Below, one piece after another: positions 9,364 through 19,248 of a stretch of DNA of 64,000 nt. A model generated the notes under the pieces. It was not told the DNA's origin, made no database searches, and saw only the letters and a program-made list of their open reading frames with translations. How positions within the stretch are numbered: the first letter of the stretch is position 1; each line of letters begins with the position of its first letter. The DNA comes from a bacterium (GTDB taxonomy: Bacteria; UBA8248): assembly GCA_965219955.1 (NCBI GenBank), contig OZ244799.1, positions 832,001 to 896,000 on the forward strand. The letters are read 5' to 3'. Made by a program: the position numbers and the translations under genes.

Positions 9364-10809
9364 GTGGACAGCGCTGGATTCATTCAAAAGCTGACGGATG
9401 CGGTGGGGGAGGAATTTATCCATACCGATCCGGTGGCGCTCAGGACGTATGATTGCGACGGCCTCACGATTTACAAGGGCATCCCCTCGGCCGTCGTTTT
9501 GCCGGAAACCACCGAAGAAGTCAGCCAAATCGTGGGAATCTGCCGCGAGTATCGCGTACCCCTGATTGCCAGAGGAGCGGGAACGGGCCTCTCCGGTGGC
9601 GCGACGCCCCTGCCGGGCGGTGTGCTCATCGTCTTCACGCGGATGAACAAGATTCTGGAACTCGACTACGTGAACCGCCTCGCGCGCGTGCAGCCGGGGG
9701 TAGTGAACCTCCACCTCTCCCACGAGACGCTGCCGCATGGCTTTCATTACGCGCCCGATCCTTCCAGCCAGGCGGCCTGCACCATCGGCGGCAACACGGC
9801 GGAAAATGCCGGCGGCGCGCATTGCCTGAAATACGGAATGACGACGAACCACATCCTGGAAATGACCGTCGTCTTGCCGACGGGTGAGGTGGTGCACCTG
9901 GGCGCGGACGGGGAGGATTCACCGGGTCTGGATCTGCGCGGTTTCTTCGTTGGTTCGGAGGGCACCTTTGCCGTCATCACGGAACTCATCGTGCGGCTCA
10001 CGCCGAATCCCGAGAGCGTGCGCACCATGCTCGCGTGTTTCGCCCAGGTGGGGGATGCCTGCCGGACGGTGAGCGACGTCATAGCGGCAGGCGCCGTGCC
10101 CGCCGCAATGGAGTTGATGGATCGCTACACCATCGAGGCGGTCGAGACTGTGGTTCAGGCGGGTTACCCCAAAGACGCCGAGGCCGTCTTGCTGATCGAA
10201 CTCGACGGCCTGCCGTCTTCCATTAAACCGCTCGAGACTCTCATTCGCGATATAAGCGAGAAGAACAATTGTTCCTCGTTCCGGATCGCGCAGACGGAAG
10301 AAGAGCGCGAGGGCCTTTGGATGGGCCGGAAAAAGGCGTTCGGAGCCTTCGGGGTAATCGCGCCTACCTACTACTGTCTCGACGGCACGGTTCCCCGCTC
10401 GAAGCTGGCGCAGGTGCTCGAGGAGTTCGACGAGATATCCGCCCGCTATAATTTGCGCATCACCAACGTGTTTCATGCCGGAGACGGGAGCCTGCATCCC
10501 AACGTCTTGTTCGACGATCGAGTGCCCGGAGAAACGGAGCGGGCAATTGAATGCGGCTCGGAGGTGCTTCGCGCTTGCATCCGGGCCGGGGGCGTTCTTT
10601 CCGGCGAGCACGGCATCGGCATCGAGAAGATCAGAGAGATGAAGGACCAGTTCGACGAACCCACGCTCGAGATCATGGAGCGCGTGCGTGACGCCATCGA
10701 CGAAGATGGCTTGATGAACCCCGGCAAACTCATACCCGATGAGGAAAACGTGTTCCCCGTCGCTCTCGGCGGCGCCGTCGCCCGGATGGGCGGGGGAATG
10801 ACGAAGTAG
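9364..10809 (+). CDS. glcD: Glycolate oxidase subunit GlcD (FAD-linked oxidase)
   Basis: ARGAGTGLSGG, PDPSSQAACTIGGN, LSGEHGIGIEK, MNPGK. Confidence 0.92.
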   Translation: MDSAGFIQKLTDAVGEEFIHTDPVALRTYDCDGLTIYKGIPSAVVLPETTEEVSQIVGICREYRVPLIARGAGTGLSGGATPLPGGVLIVFTRMNKILELDYVNRLARVQPGVVNLHLSHETLPHGFHYAPDPSSQAACTIGGNTAENAGGAHCLKYGMTTNHILEMTVVLPTGEVVHLGADGEDSPGLDLRGFFVGSEGTFAVITELIVRLTPNPESVRTMLACFAQVGDACRTVSDVIAAGAVPAAMELMDRYTIEAVETVVQAGYPKDAEAVLLIELDGLPSSIKPLETLIRDISEKNNCSSFRIAQTEEEREGLWMGRKKAFGAFGVIAPTYYCLDGTVPRSKLAQVLEEFDEISARYNLRITNVFHAGDGSLHPNVLFDDRVPGETERAIECGSEVLRACIRAGGVLSGEHGIGIEKIREMKDQFDEPTLEIMERVRDAIDEDGLMNPGKLIPDEENVFPVALGGAVARMGGGMTK

Positions 10810-10816
10810 GAAAGCC

Positions 10817-12196
10817 ATGGCCCTCAAACTCGATTCTTTCGCCCAATCCATAGAAACAGATTTTGGCGATTCCGTTCTGTGGTCGGATGAGAGGGCGGAG
10901 TCTTTCAGGCTGGGGGGTAAAGCGCCCTCGGTCGTGGTGAGCCCCGCCGACCACGAAACCTTATGCCGCGTACTCTCGCGCGCGAATGAAGCGGGTCTGG
11001 CCGTATTCCCCTGGGGGGGAGGCACAGGCAGCGGGACGGGATATGTGCCCGAGAGGTACGACGTGGTGCTCTCTCTGGAGCGTATGTCGAAGGCGGTGGA
11101 GTTTTTGAAAGACGATCTCACCGCCGTCGTCGAGGCGGGAATGAGCGTCGAGGACCTCGATAGGTTGACGGGCGCCGAGGGCCAGACGGCGGGTCTCGAC
11201 CCCCCGCATCCAGGAACCTCCACGGTGGGGGGAACCATCATCGCGGATCGTTCAGGCCCCATGCGGGTGCGCTGGGGCAAGGCGCGCGACCGCGTGATGC
11301 GCATGAAGGTGGCGCTGGCCGATGGCGCGACTCACACCTATGGCGCGCTGGTGGTGAAAAACGTCACCGGCTACGACATGAACCGCCTCCTGTCGGGAAG
11401 CTGGGGGACGTTGGCCGTCGTTACCGAGTTGGCGATTCGTCTCTACAAGGCTCCCGAGCACATTGGAGCGAGAGCGGCTTCTTTTCCATCCACAGACGCA
11501 GCGTTCAAAGCGGCCAGGGCGCTGATGGCCTCGCCCCTCATGCCCATTTGGGCGGAAGTGCTGGACGATGCGCGCATCGCCTCGCCGGCATCGGGCGGCG
11601 ACATCGCCTTGCCCGGCCCCGTCAGCCTGGTGGCTTCTTTCGGGGATTTTGAGGAAGGGCTGAAAGATCAACTGGCCCGCTTCGAGGAAATCCTCGCGAA
11701 AGAGGGCGGAGACAATATCTTGCGCCTCGACGATGAGACAACTTCGCGCCTGGGCCGCACCCTGGCCGATCCGCCAGGAGGAGATTTCTCCGGTCCCGAA
11801 GTGCTCACTCTCAGAGCCGCGGGCCGTCTCGATCAGTTGCCCCGTTTCGCTGAGGCGGCGAGGCGCGCCGCCGAATCGGGGAAATACTGTTTCGCCATTT
11901 CAGCGCACGCGGGAAGCGGCGTTTTGCGTTGCTGGCTCGCGCCGGAGGATGAAGAATGCTCACCACTCGAGGCGTGGCGCGTTTTCAATTCTCTTTGCAG
12001 GGAAGGCAGGGATGAATCGCAAGCCCGCTCTGTTCACCTGCGCCTAGATTCCGGGCCGCACTCGCTCAAAGAGCAGATTTCCGTATGGGGTGAAGACGTG
12101 CTCGAACCCGGGGCGCTCCAGGTGATGCGCAACATCAAGAAAACCTATGACCCCAAAGGGATTTTGAGTCCCGGCCGCTTCGTGGACCGGATGTAG
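10817..12196 (+). CDS. glcE: Glycolate oxidase FAD-binding subunit GlcE
   Basis: VVKNVTGYDM, GSWGTL, YDPKGILSPGR; lies between glcD and glcF. Confidence 0.88.
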   Translation: MALKLDSFAQSIETDFGDSVLWSDERAESFRLGGKAPSVVVSPADHETLCRVLSRANEAGLAVFPWGGGTGSGTGYVPERYDVVLSLERMSKAVEFLKDDLTAVVEAGMSVEDLDRLTGAEGQTAGLDPPHPGTSTVGGTIIADRSGPMRVRWGKARDRVMRMKVALADGATHTYGALVVKNVTGYDMNRLLSGSWGTLAVVTELAIRLYKAPEHIGARAASFPSTDAAFKAARALMASPLMPIWAEVLDDARIASPASGGDIALPGPVSLVASFGDFEEGLKDQLARFEEILAKEGGDNILRLDDETTSRLGRTLADPPGGDFSGPEVLTLRAAGRLDQLPRFAEAARRAAESGKYCFAISAHAGSGVLRCWLAPEDEECSPLEAWRVFNSLCREGRDESQARSVHLRLDSGPHSLKEQISVWGEDVLEPGALQVMRNIKKTYDPKGILSPGRFVDRM

Positions 12197-12210
12197 GAGG
12201 AAAGCCCTAA

Positions 12211-13566
12211 GTGGCCACGGATCAAAAAGCAGGTTTCGCGCAGGTTTTTCCCGAATACGAAAACCCCTTCGTCGGCCCGGACGCTCCCGACAGGGAGATG
12301 ATTCAGCGTTGTATCCATTGCGGGTTCTGCGGCACGAGTTGCCCCACCTTCACGCTGCTCGGCAACGAGATGGACTCCCCGCGCGGGAGAATCTATCTCA
12401 TGCGCATGGTGACGGACGGCGAGATGGCCCCGAACGAGACGGTGATGAAACACCTCGATCGCTGCCTGGACTGCCGCGCCTGCGAGACGGCGTGCCCATC
12501 GGGCGTACCCTATGGCTCCTTGATCGAGGCGGCGCGCGAAGGACTCGAAAAAGTGCGAAAACGTCCCCTATCGGTTCGGATTTTGAGGAGAATCCTCTTC
12601 CGCTGGCTGTTGCCGAACAGGGTGTTGCTCAACCTGGCGGGCGTAGCCACCCGGCTGTACCAGACCACGTTTTTGAAAAGCATGGTGAGGGGCCTGGGTC
12701 TTTTGCCCAAAAAGCTGGCCGAACTCGAACCCATGATGCCCGAAGCCCCGCCCGTATCCTCGATGAGGGCTCTTCCTGCGGAAGTAGCGGCCATTGGCGA
12801 GGAAAAATACCGCGTCGCCTTCTTCGGCGGCTGCATTCAATCCACCCTGTTCGGCGACGTGAACAGGGCCGCCATACGCGCGTTGGCGGCGAACGGGGTG
12901 CGCGTCGTGTTTCCCGCCTCGCAGACCTGCTGCGGCGCGTTGCAGGCCCATGCCGGAGACAGGGAGGCGGCGAGAATCCTCGCGCGCGAGAACATAGACG
13001 CCATCGACGCGGGCGGGTTCGACGCCGTCGTCCTGGCCGTCTCCGGTTGCGGGGCGATGCTGCATGAATATAAGGATTTGCTCGCGGAGGATCCCGTCTA
13101 CGCGAGCCGGGCCGAGGCGTTCAGTGAGAAGGCGATGGACGTCACCGTGTTTCTCTCCAGAATCGGGGTCCGGGAAGCTGCGCACCCCGAGCCCCGGAAA
13201 ATCGCGTATCACCATCCCTGCCATCTTTTCCACGCGCTCAAGGTCCGCAAGGAGCCGCTCGAGGTTCTTTCCGCTATCCGCAACGTCGAGTCGGTGCCTC
13301 TCAAGGAGAGCGATTGGTGCTGCGGCTCCGCCGGCAGCTACAACCTCACGCAGACGGAGATTTCCATGCAGCTTCTCGACAGGAAAATGGGGCACGTGAA
13401 GGACTCCGAAGCGCCCGTAGTCTGCACGGGCAATCCTGGTTGTCAGATTCAAATCGCGTTCGGCGCTCGCGAGCGGGGCATGGACCTTCGGGTGGTGCAT
13501 CCCGTCGTCCTGCTCGACGAGGCGTATGAGGCGGAAGGCGTGTACCGGAACGCGACCCTTCCATAA
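12211..13566 (+). CDS. glcF: Glycolate oxidase Fe-S subunit GlcF
   Basis: CIHCGFC..CP, CLDCRACETACPSGV, two CCG domains. Confidence 0.92.
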   Translation: MATDQKAGFAQVFPEYENPFVGPDAPDREMIQRCIHCGFCGTSCPTFTLLGNEMDSPRGRIYLMRMVTDGEMAPNETVMKHLDRCLDCRACETACPSGVPYGSLIEAAREGLEKVRKRPLSVRILRRILFRWLLPNRVLLNLAGVATRLYQTTFLKSMVRGLGLLPKKLAELEPMMPEAPPVSSMRALPAEVAAIGEEKYRVAFFGGCIQSTLFGDVNRAAIRALAANGVRVVFPASQTCCGALQAHAGDREAARILARENIDAIDAGGFDAVVLAVSGCGAMLHEYKDLLAEDPVYASRAEAFSEKAMDVTVFLSRIGVREAAHPEPRKIAYHHPCHLFHALKVRKEPLEVLSAIRNVESVPLKESDWCCGSAGSYNLTQTEISMQLLDRKMGHVKDSEAPVVCTGNPGCQIQIAFGARERGMDLRVVHPVVLLDEAYEAEGVYRNATLP

Positions 13567-13591
13567 CCTGATACCGGCGAGGTGCTTGAAG

Positions 13592-14539
13592 ATGACCACA
13601 CATACTTCCAGAGCCGTACCCACCACTATCGTCCGTTTTGCGGAAATCATGCCCGATTGGGATTCATCGCCCGACGCCCGGGAAGAGGGGCGCCACCGGG
13701 CCGTTTATCGCTATATCGGGGGCCCTCGCGACAAGGAGCCCAAAGCGGCTCTCCCCGGCTGGGAGTTCGCCAACGGGATCGTGATGGCGCCTCCCGGAAA
13801 CGGCGCCCCGATGCACAGCCACGGGTTCGAGGAGGTTTTCATGGTGTGGCATGGCGGGTTCGAAGTTTCGTGGGTCGATCCGCGCGATGGAGAGATAAAA
13901 AACGTCGAACTCGGGCTTTACGACGCCATCCGGATGCCGCCGGGCGTCATGCGCAGTTACAGGAACTCGGGCGATGAGGATGGGTTTCTCTACTACATTC
14001 ACGGGCGAGGCGTGTACGAGCCGCCCGTGTTTCAGGGAGAAGGGGAGGGCGCGGCGAGCGAGAGTGCTTCTTTCGTCGATCCCTTTACCCAGGTGGTGCG
14101 TTATGATGACTGCCCCAAGAATTATCAGGTCTATCATGAAACCTCGCTACCGGAGGGCGTTCGGGGGATTCGCCGCTATATAGGACACGTGGGCGGTGAA
14201 CTCGAGGGCGTTGGTCCGCCTCCGTCTTTATCGGAAGGAGAGTTCTCCTTCGTCATCAACGAAAACCGGGTGGGTTCGGGCGCACCGCTGCACGATCACC
14301 CCGACCTGGAGGAGGCCTTCATTTCTCTCGAGAGCGACTGGACGGTGTTCTGGACCGATGAGAGGGGAGATTCGCATCAGGCAGTTCTCGGCCCATGGGA
14401 TATGTGCTGGGCGCCGGCGGGCGTGCAGCGCGGATTTCGCAATTCGGGCCGGGGGTGGGGCAAGCTCCACGTCATCCAGGGTCAAGGGGGCGCGCTGCCG
14501 CCCGCGTATGACCAGGATTATTCGCACCTGAAAAATTAA
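13592..14539 (+). CDS. Tandem (bi-)cupin protein
   Basis: Two homologous halves: GAPMHSH..EEVF / GAPLHDH..EEAF and PPGVMRSYRN / PAGVQRGFRN. Confidence 0.8.
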   Translation: MTTHTSRAVPTTIVRFAEIMPDWDSSPDAREEGRHRAVYRYIGGPRDKEPKAALPGWEFANGIVMAPPGNGAPMHSHGFEEVFMVWHGGFEVSWVDPRDGEIKNVELGLYDAIRMPPGVMRSYRNSGDEDGFLYYIHGRGVYEPPVFQGEGEGAASESASFVDPFTQVVRYDDCPKNYQVYHETSLPEGVRGIRRYIGHVGGELEGVGPPPSLSEGEFSFVINENRVGSGAPLHDHPDLEEAFISLESDWTVFWTDERGDSHQAVLGPWDMCWAPAGVQRGFRNSGRGWGKLHVIQGQGGALPPAYDQDYSHLKN

Positions 14540-14551
14540 GGGTATCTGGAT

Positions 14552-15565
14552 TTGAGCGCTGCCCCACGGAAGAATGTGACTCAGAAAGGAGTGGAGCGAA
14601 TCGATCACTACATCGATTCGCTCGACCCCGGCATCACTTTGCATCTGAGAGAAAAACGCCCCGAGGGCAAGAAGAAATTCGAGGATGCGGCCACGCTCCT
14701 CATGGTGCACGGGCGAATGGCGCCCGGCCCCGTGGCCTACGATCTCCCGGTTCCCGGCTATTCATGGATGGATTATATCGCTTCCCGCGGGTTCGACGTC
14801 TTCGCGCTCTCGATTCGGGGCTTTGGGGAATCGACCTGGCCGCAGGAGATGCGCGAAAGCCCCAGGGGAAAGCTTCCCGCGATACCCGGCAAGGTAGCCG
14901 TGAGGGACATCAGGGCGGCGGTTGATTATATCTGTGATCAGCGGGGAGTAAACAAGCTCAGCATCCTGGGCCGTTCCTGGGGGACGACGACGAGCCCGGC
15001 GTATGCCGCCGACAACATGAAGCAGGTGCATAAGCTCGTTCTTTATGCGCCTTATTACGCTTATGACGACCCCCGGCGTGCGAAGCAAATGGAAGACCCC
15101 CGAAAGCCCGGCGAATTCGACGAGAGGCGAGGCGCCTGGTCCTGGTGTACGGAAAAAGACGTGCACCATCGCTGGTGGGGCCATATTCCGGGGGATGCCC
15201 ATCATAAATGGCGAGAACCCAGGGTGCTCGAGACGTATTTTCAGGAACTGCTTCGCTACGATCCGGAAGGCGCCAGGCGCAAGACGCCCGCGTTCCGGCT
15301 GGCGAACGGCTCCCTGGCGGATCTGTACGACAGGGCGAGGAACATACCGCTTTATGACGCGAGCAAGATCACGTGTCCCGTTTTGCTCATCCGGGGTGAT
15401 CAGGACGGCGCCTCGGCCGACCCGGAAGCCTGGGGGCTTTACAAAGCGCTCCGCAACAGCCGGGGCAAGCGCTACGTCATCATCGACGACGGCACGCATT
15501 TCATGGAACTGGAAAAGCGCAGGATGGAGCTCTTGAGCGAGGTGCAGCTTTTCCTGGAAGGGTGA
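14552..15565 (+). CDS. Alpha/beta hydrolase
   Basis: VHG, GRSWG nucleophile elbow, RGDQD, GTHF. Confidence 0.88.
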   Translation: MSAAPRKNVTQKGVERIDHYIDSLDPGITLHLREKRPEGKKKFEDAATLLMVHGRMAPGPVAYDLPVPGYSWMDYIASRGFDVFALSIRGFGESTWPQEMRESPRGKLPAIPGKVAVRDIRAAVDYICDQRGVNKLSILGRSWGTTTSPAYAADNMKQVHKLVLYAPYYAYDDPRRAKQMEDPRKPGEFDERRGAWSWCTEKDVHHRWWGHIPGDAHHKWREPRVLETYFQELLRYDPEGARRKTPAFRLANGSLADLYDRARNIPLYDASKITCPVLLIRGDQDGASADPEAWGLYKALRNSRGKRYVIIDDGTHFMELEKRRMELLSEVQLFLEG

Positions 15566-15675
15566 ATTCTCGCCTGCGTCGGCTCCGCTCTTGCGCTCTG
15601 GGAAGTGAACGACTAGATTAGGCACCTTCGAGAGAACGGGCAATTTCATATCGTTTCCAATTCAAAGGAGCATCC

Positions 15676-16128
15676 ATGTCAGCCATATCCGCACCCACGA
15701 AACAGCGCTGGTGTCTCATCGATTCGACGGCCATCGGCGTGGACAAGAAATACGAACCGCCCCTCATCATCGCGTGGGGCGTGGACAGCAATGCCACCGG
15801 CACTCAGACCATCACGATGGGGCGCACCATCATTCCCCCCAAGGGCCGCAACCAGAGGCACTACCACGTCTGCGATGCGACGTTCTACATCGTCAAGGGC
15901 CCGATTATCGTCTGGATGGGGGAGGACAGGGAAGAGCATACGGTGCCATCGGGTACGTTCGTCTATTGCGCGGCGGGCGAGATTCACGGTCTCTACAACC
16001 CGAGCGAAACCGAGGACGCCGAACTCGTCTTCACCTATGGCAATTGCCCCAACCGGGACGCAGCCAAAACCATCTATGTGGAAAACGAGTGGATGGAAGA
16101 GGACACCAGGGACAAGATTCCCGGCTAG
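15676..16128 (+). CDS. Cupin domain protein
   Basis: RHYH and GEIHG cupin motifs; AAAGGAG RBS. Confidence 0.82.
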   Translation: MSAISAPTKQRWCLIDSTAIGVDKKYEPPLIIAWGVDSNATGTQTITMGRTIIPPKGRNQRHYHVCDATFYIVKGPIIVWMGEDREEHTVPSGTFVYCAAGEIHGLYNPSETEDAELVFTYGNCPNRDAAKTIYVENEWMEEDTRDKIPG

Positions 16129-16145
16129 GTCCCAAGCGCGAAAAA

Positions 16146-16175
16146 GAAAAGCCGGCCCACGTGGCCGGCTTTTTT
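16146..16175. terminator. Bidirectional intrinsic terminator
   Basis: AAAAGCCGGCC-cacgt-GGCCGGCTTTTTT between convergent genes. Confidence 0.85.
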
Positions 16176-16188
16176 CGTGGGTTGATTT

Positions 16189-16725
16189 CTAGTTAAGCAT
16201 CGACACCAGTTCGAGAAAATTCTTTTTCAGACCATCCACTTCGGGGGCGCGCCTGATGGCTTCGTAAATTTCGCCTTGCGCCTTGCCGTATTCTTTTTTC
16301 TGAAGGTAGATGCGTCCCAGGTTCATGTAGGGGAAATGACGCGGCTCGTACCTCGGTGCGGACTTCGCTTTTTCGAGCCATCCGGCCGCTTCGTCGAGTT
16401 CGCCCAACTGCATGAGATAACAGCCGATATCGTTGTAGGGGTTTCCGAACTCATCATCGACCTCGATGGCCATGTGGCACTCCTCAATCGCCTCCTCGAG
16501 TCGGCCCTGCTTGCTGTACATCCAGCCCAGATAGGTGTGCGCGTCCGCCGTGGGGTAGTAGGCGATGGAATCCCGGTACAACTCGATGGCCTTGTCGAGG
16601 TCTCCTTTCGCGTGGGCGGTACCGCCCTGGTTCAAAAGATCCAGGGCGCGCTTGAGGTCGGAGTTGACCTTGGATTCTTCTTTGTATTTTTCGTCGAAAC
16701 TCACGTCTTCGTTTTCTTCCGTCAT
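16189..16725 (-). CDS. Tetratricopeptide repeat protein
   Basis: Repeated TPR helices (AHTYLG, PYNDIG, PYMNLG). Confidence 0.88.
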   Translation of the reverse strand: MTEENEDVSFDEKYKEESKVNSDLKRALDLLNQGGTAHAKGDLDKAIELYRDSIAYYPTADAHTYLGWMYSKQGRLEEAIEECHMAIEVDDEFGNPYNDIGCYLMQLGELDEAAGWLEKAKSAPRYEPRHFPYMNLGRIYLQKKEYGKAQGEIYEAIRRAPEVDGLKKNFLELVSMLN

Positions 16726-16968
16726 TCGTCATCCCCCCTGCGATCAAACATCACGAGCGATTAAATTATGCCACTTTTCGTCGTCGGTTTGTCAAGGAAA
16801 TATCGGCTTTGGGCTATGGCGATGCCGCCGGATGATGTGAAAGAATAGAGGGTGGTTGCTTTGAGATGAGGACGGCGGATAAGTTCTTTTATATCAAGGC
16901 GAAGATTCGGTTCGGTGAGAATGGAAATCATCGTTTGAATTATCCTTATTTCCGGGAAGAATGGACGC

Positions 16969-17844
16969 ATGGCCGATTCGGTGCGAAAAAAATTCAGAAA
17001 AATTCTTGAACGGCCGGGGGCGACGATCATCCCCGGAGCGCATGACGCGCTGACGGCCAGGCTCATCGCCTCCAAGGGATTCGAGGCCGTGTATATGTCC
17101 GGGGCGGGCGTGGTGAACGCCCTCGCGGGGTTGCCCGACAACGGCTTGGCGTCATTCAGCGAAGTGCTCATGAACGCGAGGTATATGGCCGACGCCGTGG
17201 ACATCCCGCTTGTGGTGGACGTGGATACCGGCTACGGCAACGCGGTGAACGTCGTGCGCACGGTGCGTGATTTCGAGAGGGCGGGCGTTGCGTGCATCCA
17301 AATTGAAGATCAGGCGCTGCCGAAACGCTGCGGCCATCTGGACGGCAAGCAGGTGGTGAGCCGTGAGGAGTTTATTGGGAAAATCCGCGCCGCCGTGGAT
17401 CATCGAACGGATCCGGATTTCGCTATCATGGCTCGAATCGACGCCAAATATGTCTACGGGATGGATGAGGCCGTCGAAAGAGGCAATGCAGCGCTGGAAG
17501 CCGGAGCGGACGTCATATTCATCGAGGCGCTCGAAACGCGCGATGAGTTCACCGAGTACGCCGAGCGCTGCCCGGGTCCTCTGCTCGCCAACATGACGGA
17601 GTTCGGCAAGACGCCTCATGTCTCAAAAGCGGATTTCGGGGAGATGGGTTACAAACTCGTCCTGTTTCCGGTGAGCATCATGCGCGCGATGCTCAAGGCG
17701 GGCGAATTGCTGCTCGACGAATTAAAGGCCAAGGGCACGATGGCGGATTATCTGGGCAACATGATGACGCGCAAAGAACTTTACCGGCTCCTCGATTATG
17801 ACGCCTATCACGCGATAGAAGCAGAATATCTGCCCAGGGAATGA
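16969..17844 (+). CDS. prpB: Methylisocitrate lyase (ICL/PEP mutase family)
   Basis: DVDTGYG, EDQ..PKRCGH, LANMTEFGKTP. Confidence 0.85.
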   Translation: MADSVRKKFRKILERPGATIIPGAHDALTARLIASKGFEAVYMSGAGVVNALAGLPDNGLASFSEVLMNARYMADAVDIPLVVDVDTGYGNAVNVVRTVRDFERAGVACIQIEDQALPKRCGHLDGKQVVSREEFIGKIRAAVDHRTDPDFAIMARIDAKYVYGMDEAVERGNAALEAGADVIFIEALETRDEFTEYAERCPGPLLANMTEFGKTPHVSKADFGEMGYKLVLFPVSIMRAMLKAGELLLDELKAKGTMADYLGNMMTRKELYRLLDYDAYHAIEAEYLPRE

Positions 17845-17851
17845 GGTCAGA

Positions 17852-19216
17852 ATGAACGGCCACACGCGCGAACTCGCACGATTCATCAGCGAGACGTCCT
17901 ATGGTGATTTATCCGAGAACCTGCGCGCCTGCATGCGCAAGTATTTCCTGGACGCCGTCGGTTGCGGACTCTACGGCACGACCACCGAATCGGGACGCAT
18001 ACTGTCACGCTTCATCCAGGAACAAGGCGGAAGCGCGGAGGCCACCCTTTGGAAAAACGCCTGGCGCGGGCCGGTGGGGCCCGTGGCGCTTTGTCTGGGC
18101 ACCTGGATGCACGCGTTCGAACTCGATGATTACCACAGCGGCGCCAAGCTCCACCCGGGCGCAGTGGTCTTCGCCGCCGCATATCCGCTCGCCGAGAAGA
18201 TGAAGGTCGATGGCAGGACGTTTATTACCGCCTGCGTCGTCGGCTATGAAACGATGATCCGCGCGAGCATCGCCGCGGACTGTCTCGAGGTCCGCAGGCG
18301 GGGCTTTCATCTCACGGGCCTGTGCGGTCCCTTTGGAGCCGCTGCCGCCGCGGCGCACCTGATGAAATTAACCCCCGAGCTGACGGCCAACGCATTGGGT
18401 TTAGCGGGAACCCAGGGGGCGGGCACATGGGCCTTTCAGTGCGATGGTTCCGAGACGAAGCGTTTTCACGCGGGCCGCGCGGCCCAAAGCGGCCTCCTGG
18501 CCGCCGCTTTGGCGGAGGGGGGCTATACGGGCCCCAAGGAGATTTTCGAGTACGAAGACGGCGGGTTCATCCGGGCGTTCAGCGGCTGCGGAGACCCTGA
18601 GCCGCTGACGAGAGGCTTGGGTGATCATTGGGAGACGGAGGGTGTCTCCTTCAAGCCCTATTGCTGCTGCGGCAGCACCCACTCGACCATCGACGCCGTT
18701 CTCGCCCTGCGCAGGGAGCATGGCGTCGCGCCCGATGACGTACAGGAAATGGAGATCATGAACCACAGCGTGGTGAAACAGCAGTGTTCCTGGCGTTATG
18801 AGCCGGTGAGTTCGCTGCGCGCGCAGATGAACATCGAGTATTGCGCCGCGGTCGCGCTCACCGACGGGAAGGCGGGACCCGGGCAGTTCACGCCAGAGCG
18901 CATCGCCGACCCGGAGCTCGTAGCGCTGGCGCGCCGGGCGCGCTTCACGGTGGACCCTGAAATCGAGAAACTCTACCCCAAAACTTTTCCGGCGAAAGTA
19001 GCGATCCGAACCCATGATGGCCGTGAGTTCAATAGCCGCGTCGCCGGCCCCAAGGGCTCGCCCCAGAACCCGATGGATTTCGACATGGTGGCGGGGAAAT
19101 TCAGACAGATTACGGGCGGCGTGATTTCGTCCGCTTCTCAAGACGCTTTGGTGGAGGTTGCTTCGGGTCTCGATGATATCGAGGCGATGGGCGCCCTGGT
19201 GGCGCATCTCGCCTAG
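17852..19216 (+). CDS. MmgE/PrpD family protein
   Basis: HAFELDD, LHPG, RGFH, KRFHAG, FKPYCCC. Confidence 0.92.
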   Translation: MNGHTRELARFISETSYGDLSENLRACMRKYFLDAVGCGLYGTTTESGRILSRFIQEQGGSAEATLWKNAWRGPVGPVALCLGTWMHAFELDDYHSGAKLHPGAVVFAAAYPLAEKMKVDGRTFITACVVGYETMIRASIAADCLEVRRRGFHLTGLCGPFGAAAAAAHLMKLTPELTANALGLAGTQGAGTWAFQCDGSETKRFHAGRAAQSGLLAAALAEGGYTGPKEIFEYEDGGFIRAFSGCGDPEPLTRGLGDHWETEGVSFKPYCCCGSTHSTIDAVLALRREHGVAPDDVQEMEIMNHSVVKQQCSWRYEPVSSLRAQMNIEYCAAVALTDGKAGPGQFTPERIADPELVALARRARFTVDPEIEKLYPKTFPAKVAIRTHDGREFNSRVAGPKGSPQNPMDFDMVAGKFRQITGGVISSASQDALVEVASGLDDIEAMGALVAHLA

Positions 19217-19248
19217 GGCCGGGCCGGATTCTGGATCAGGAGAAGAAG

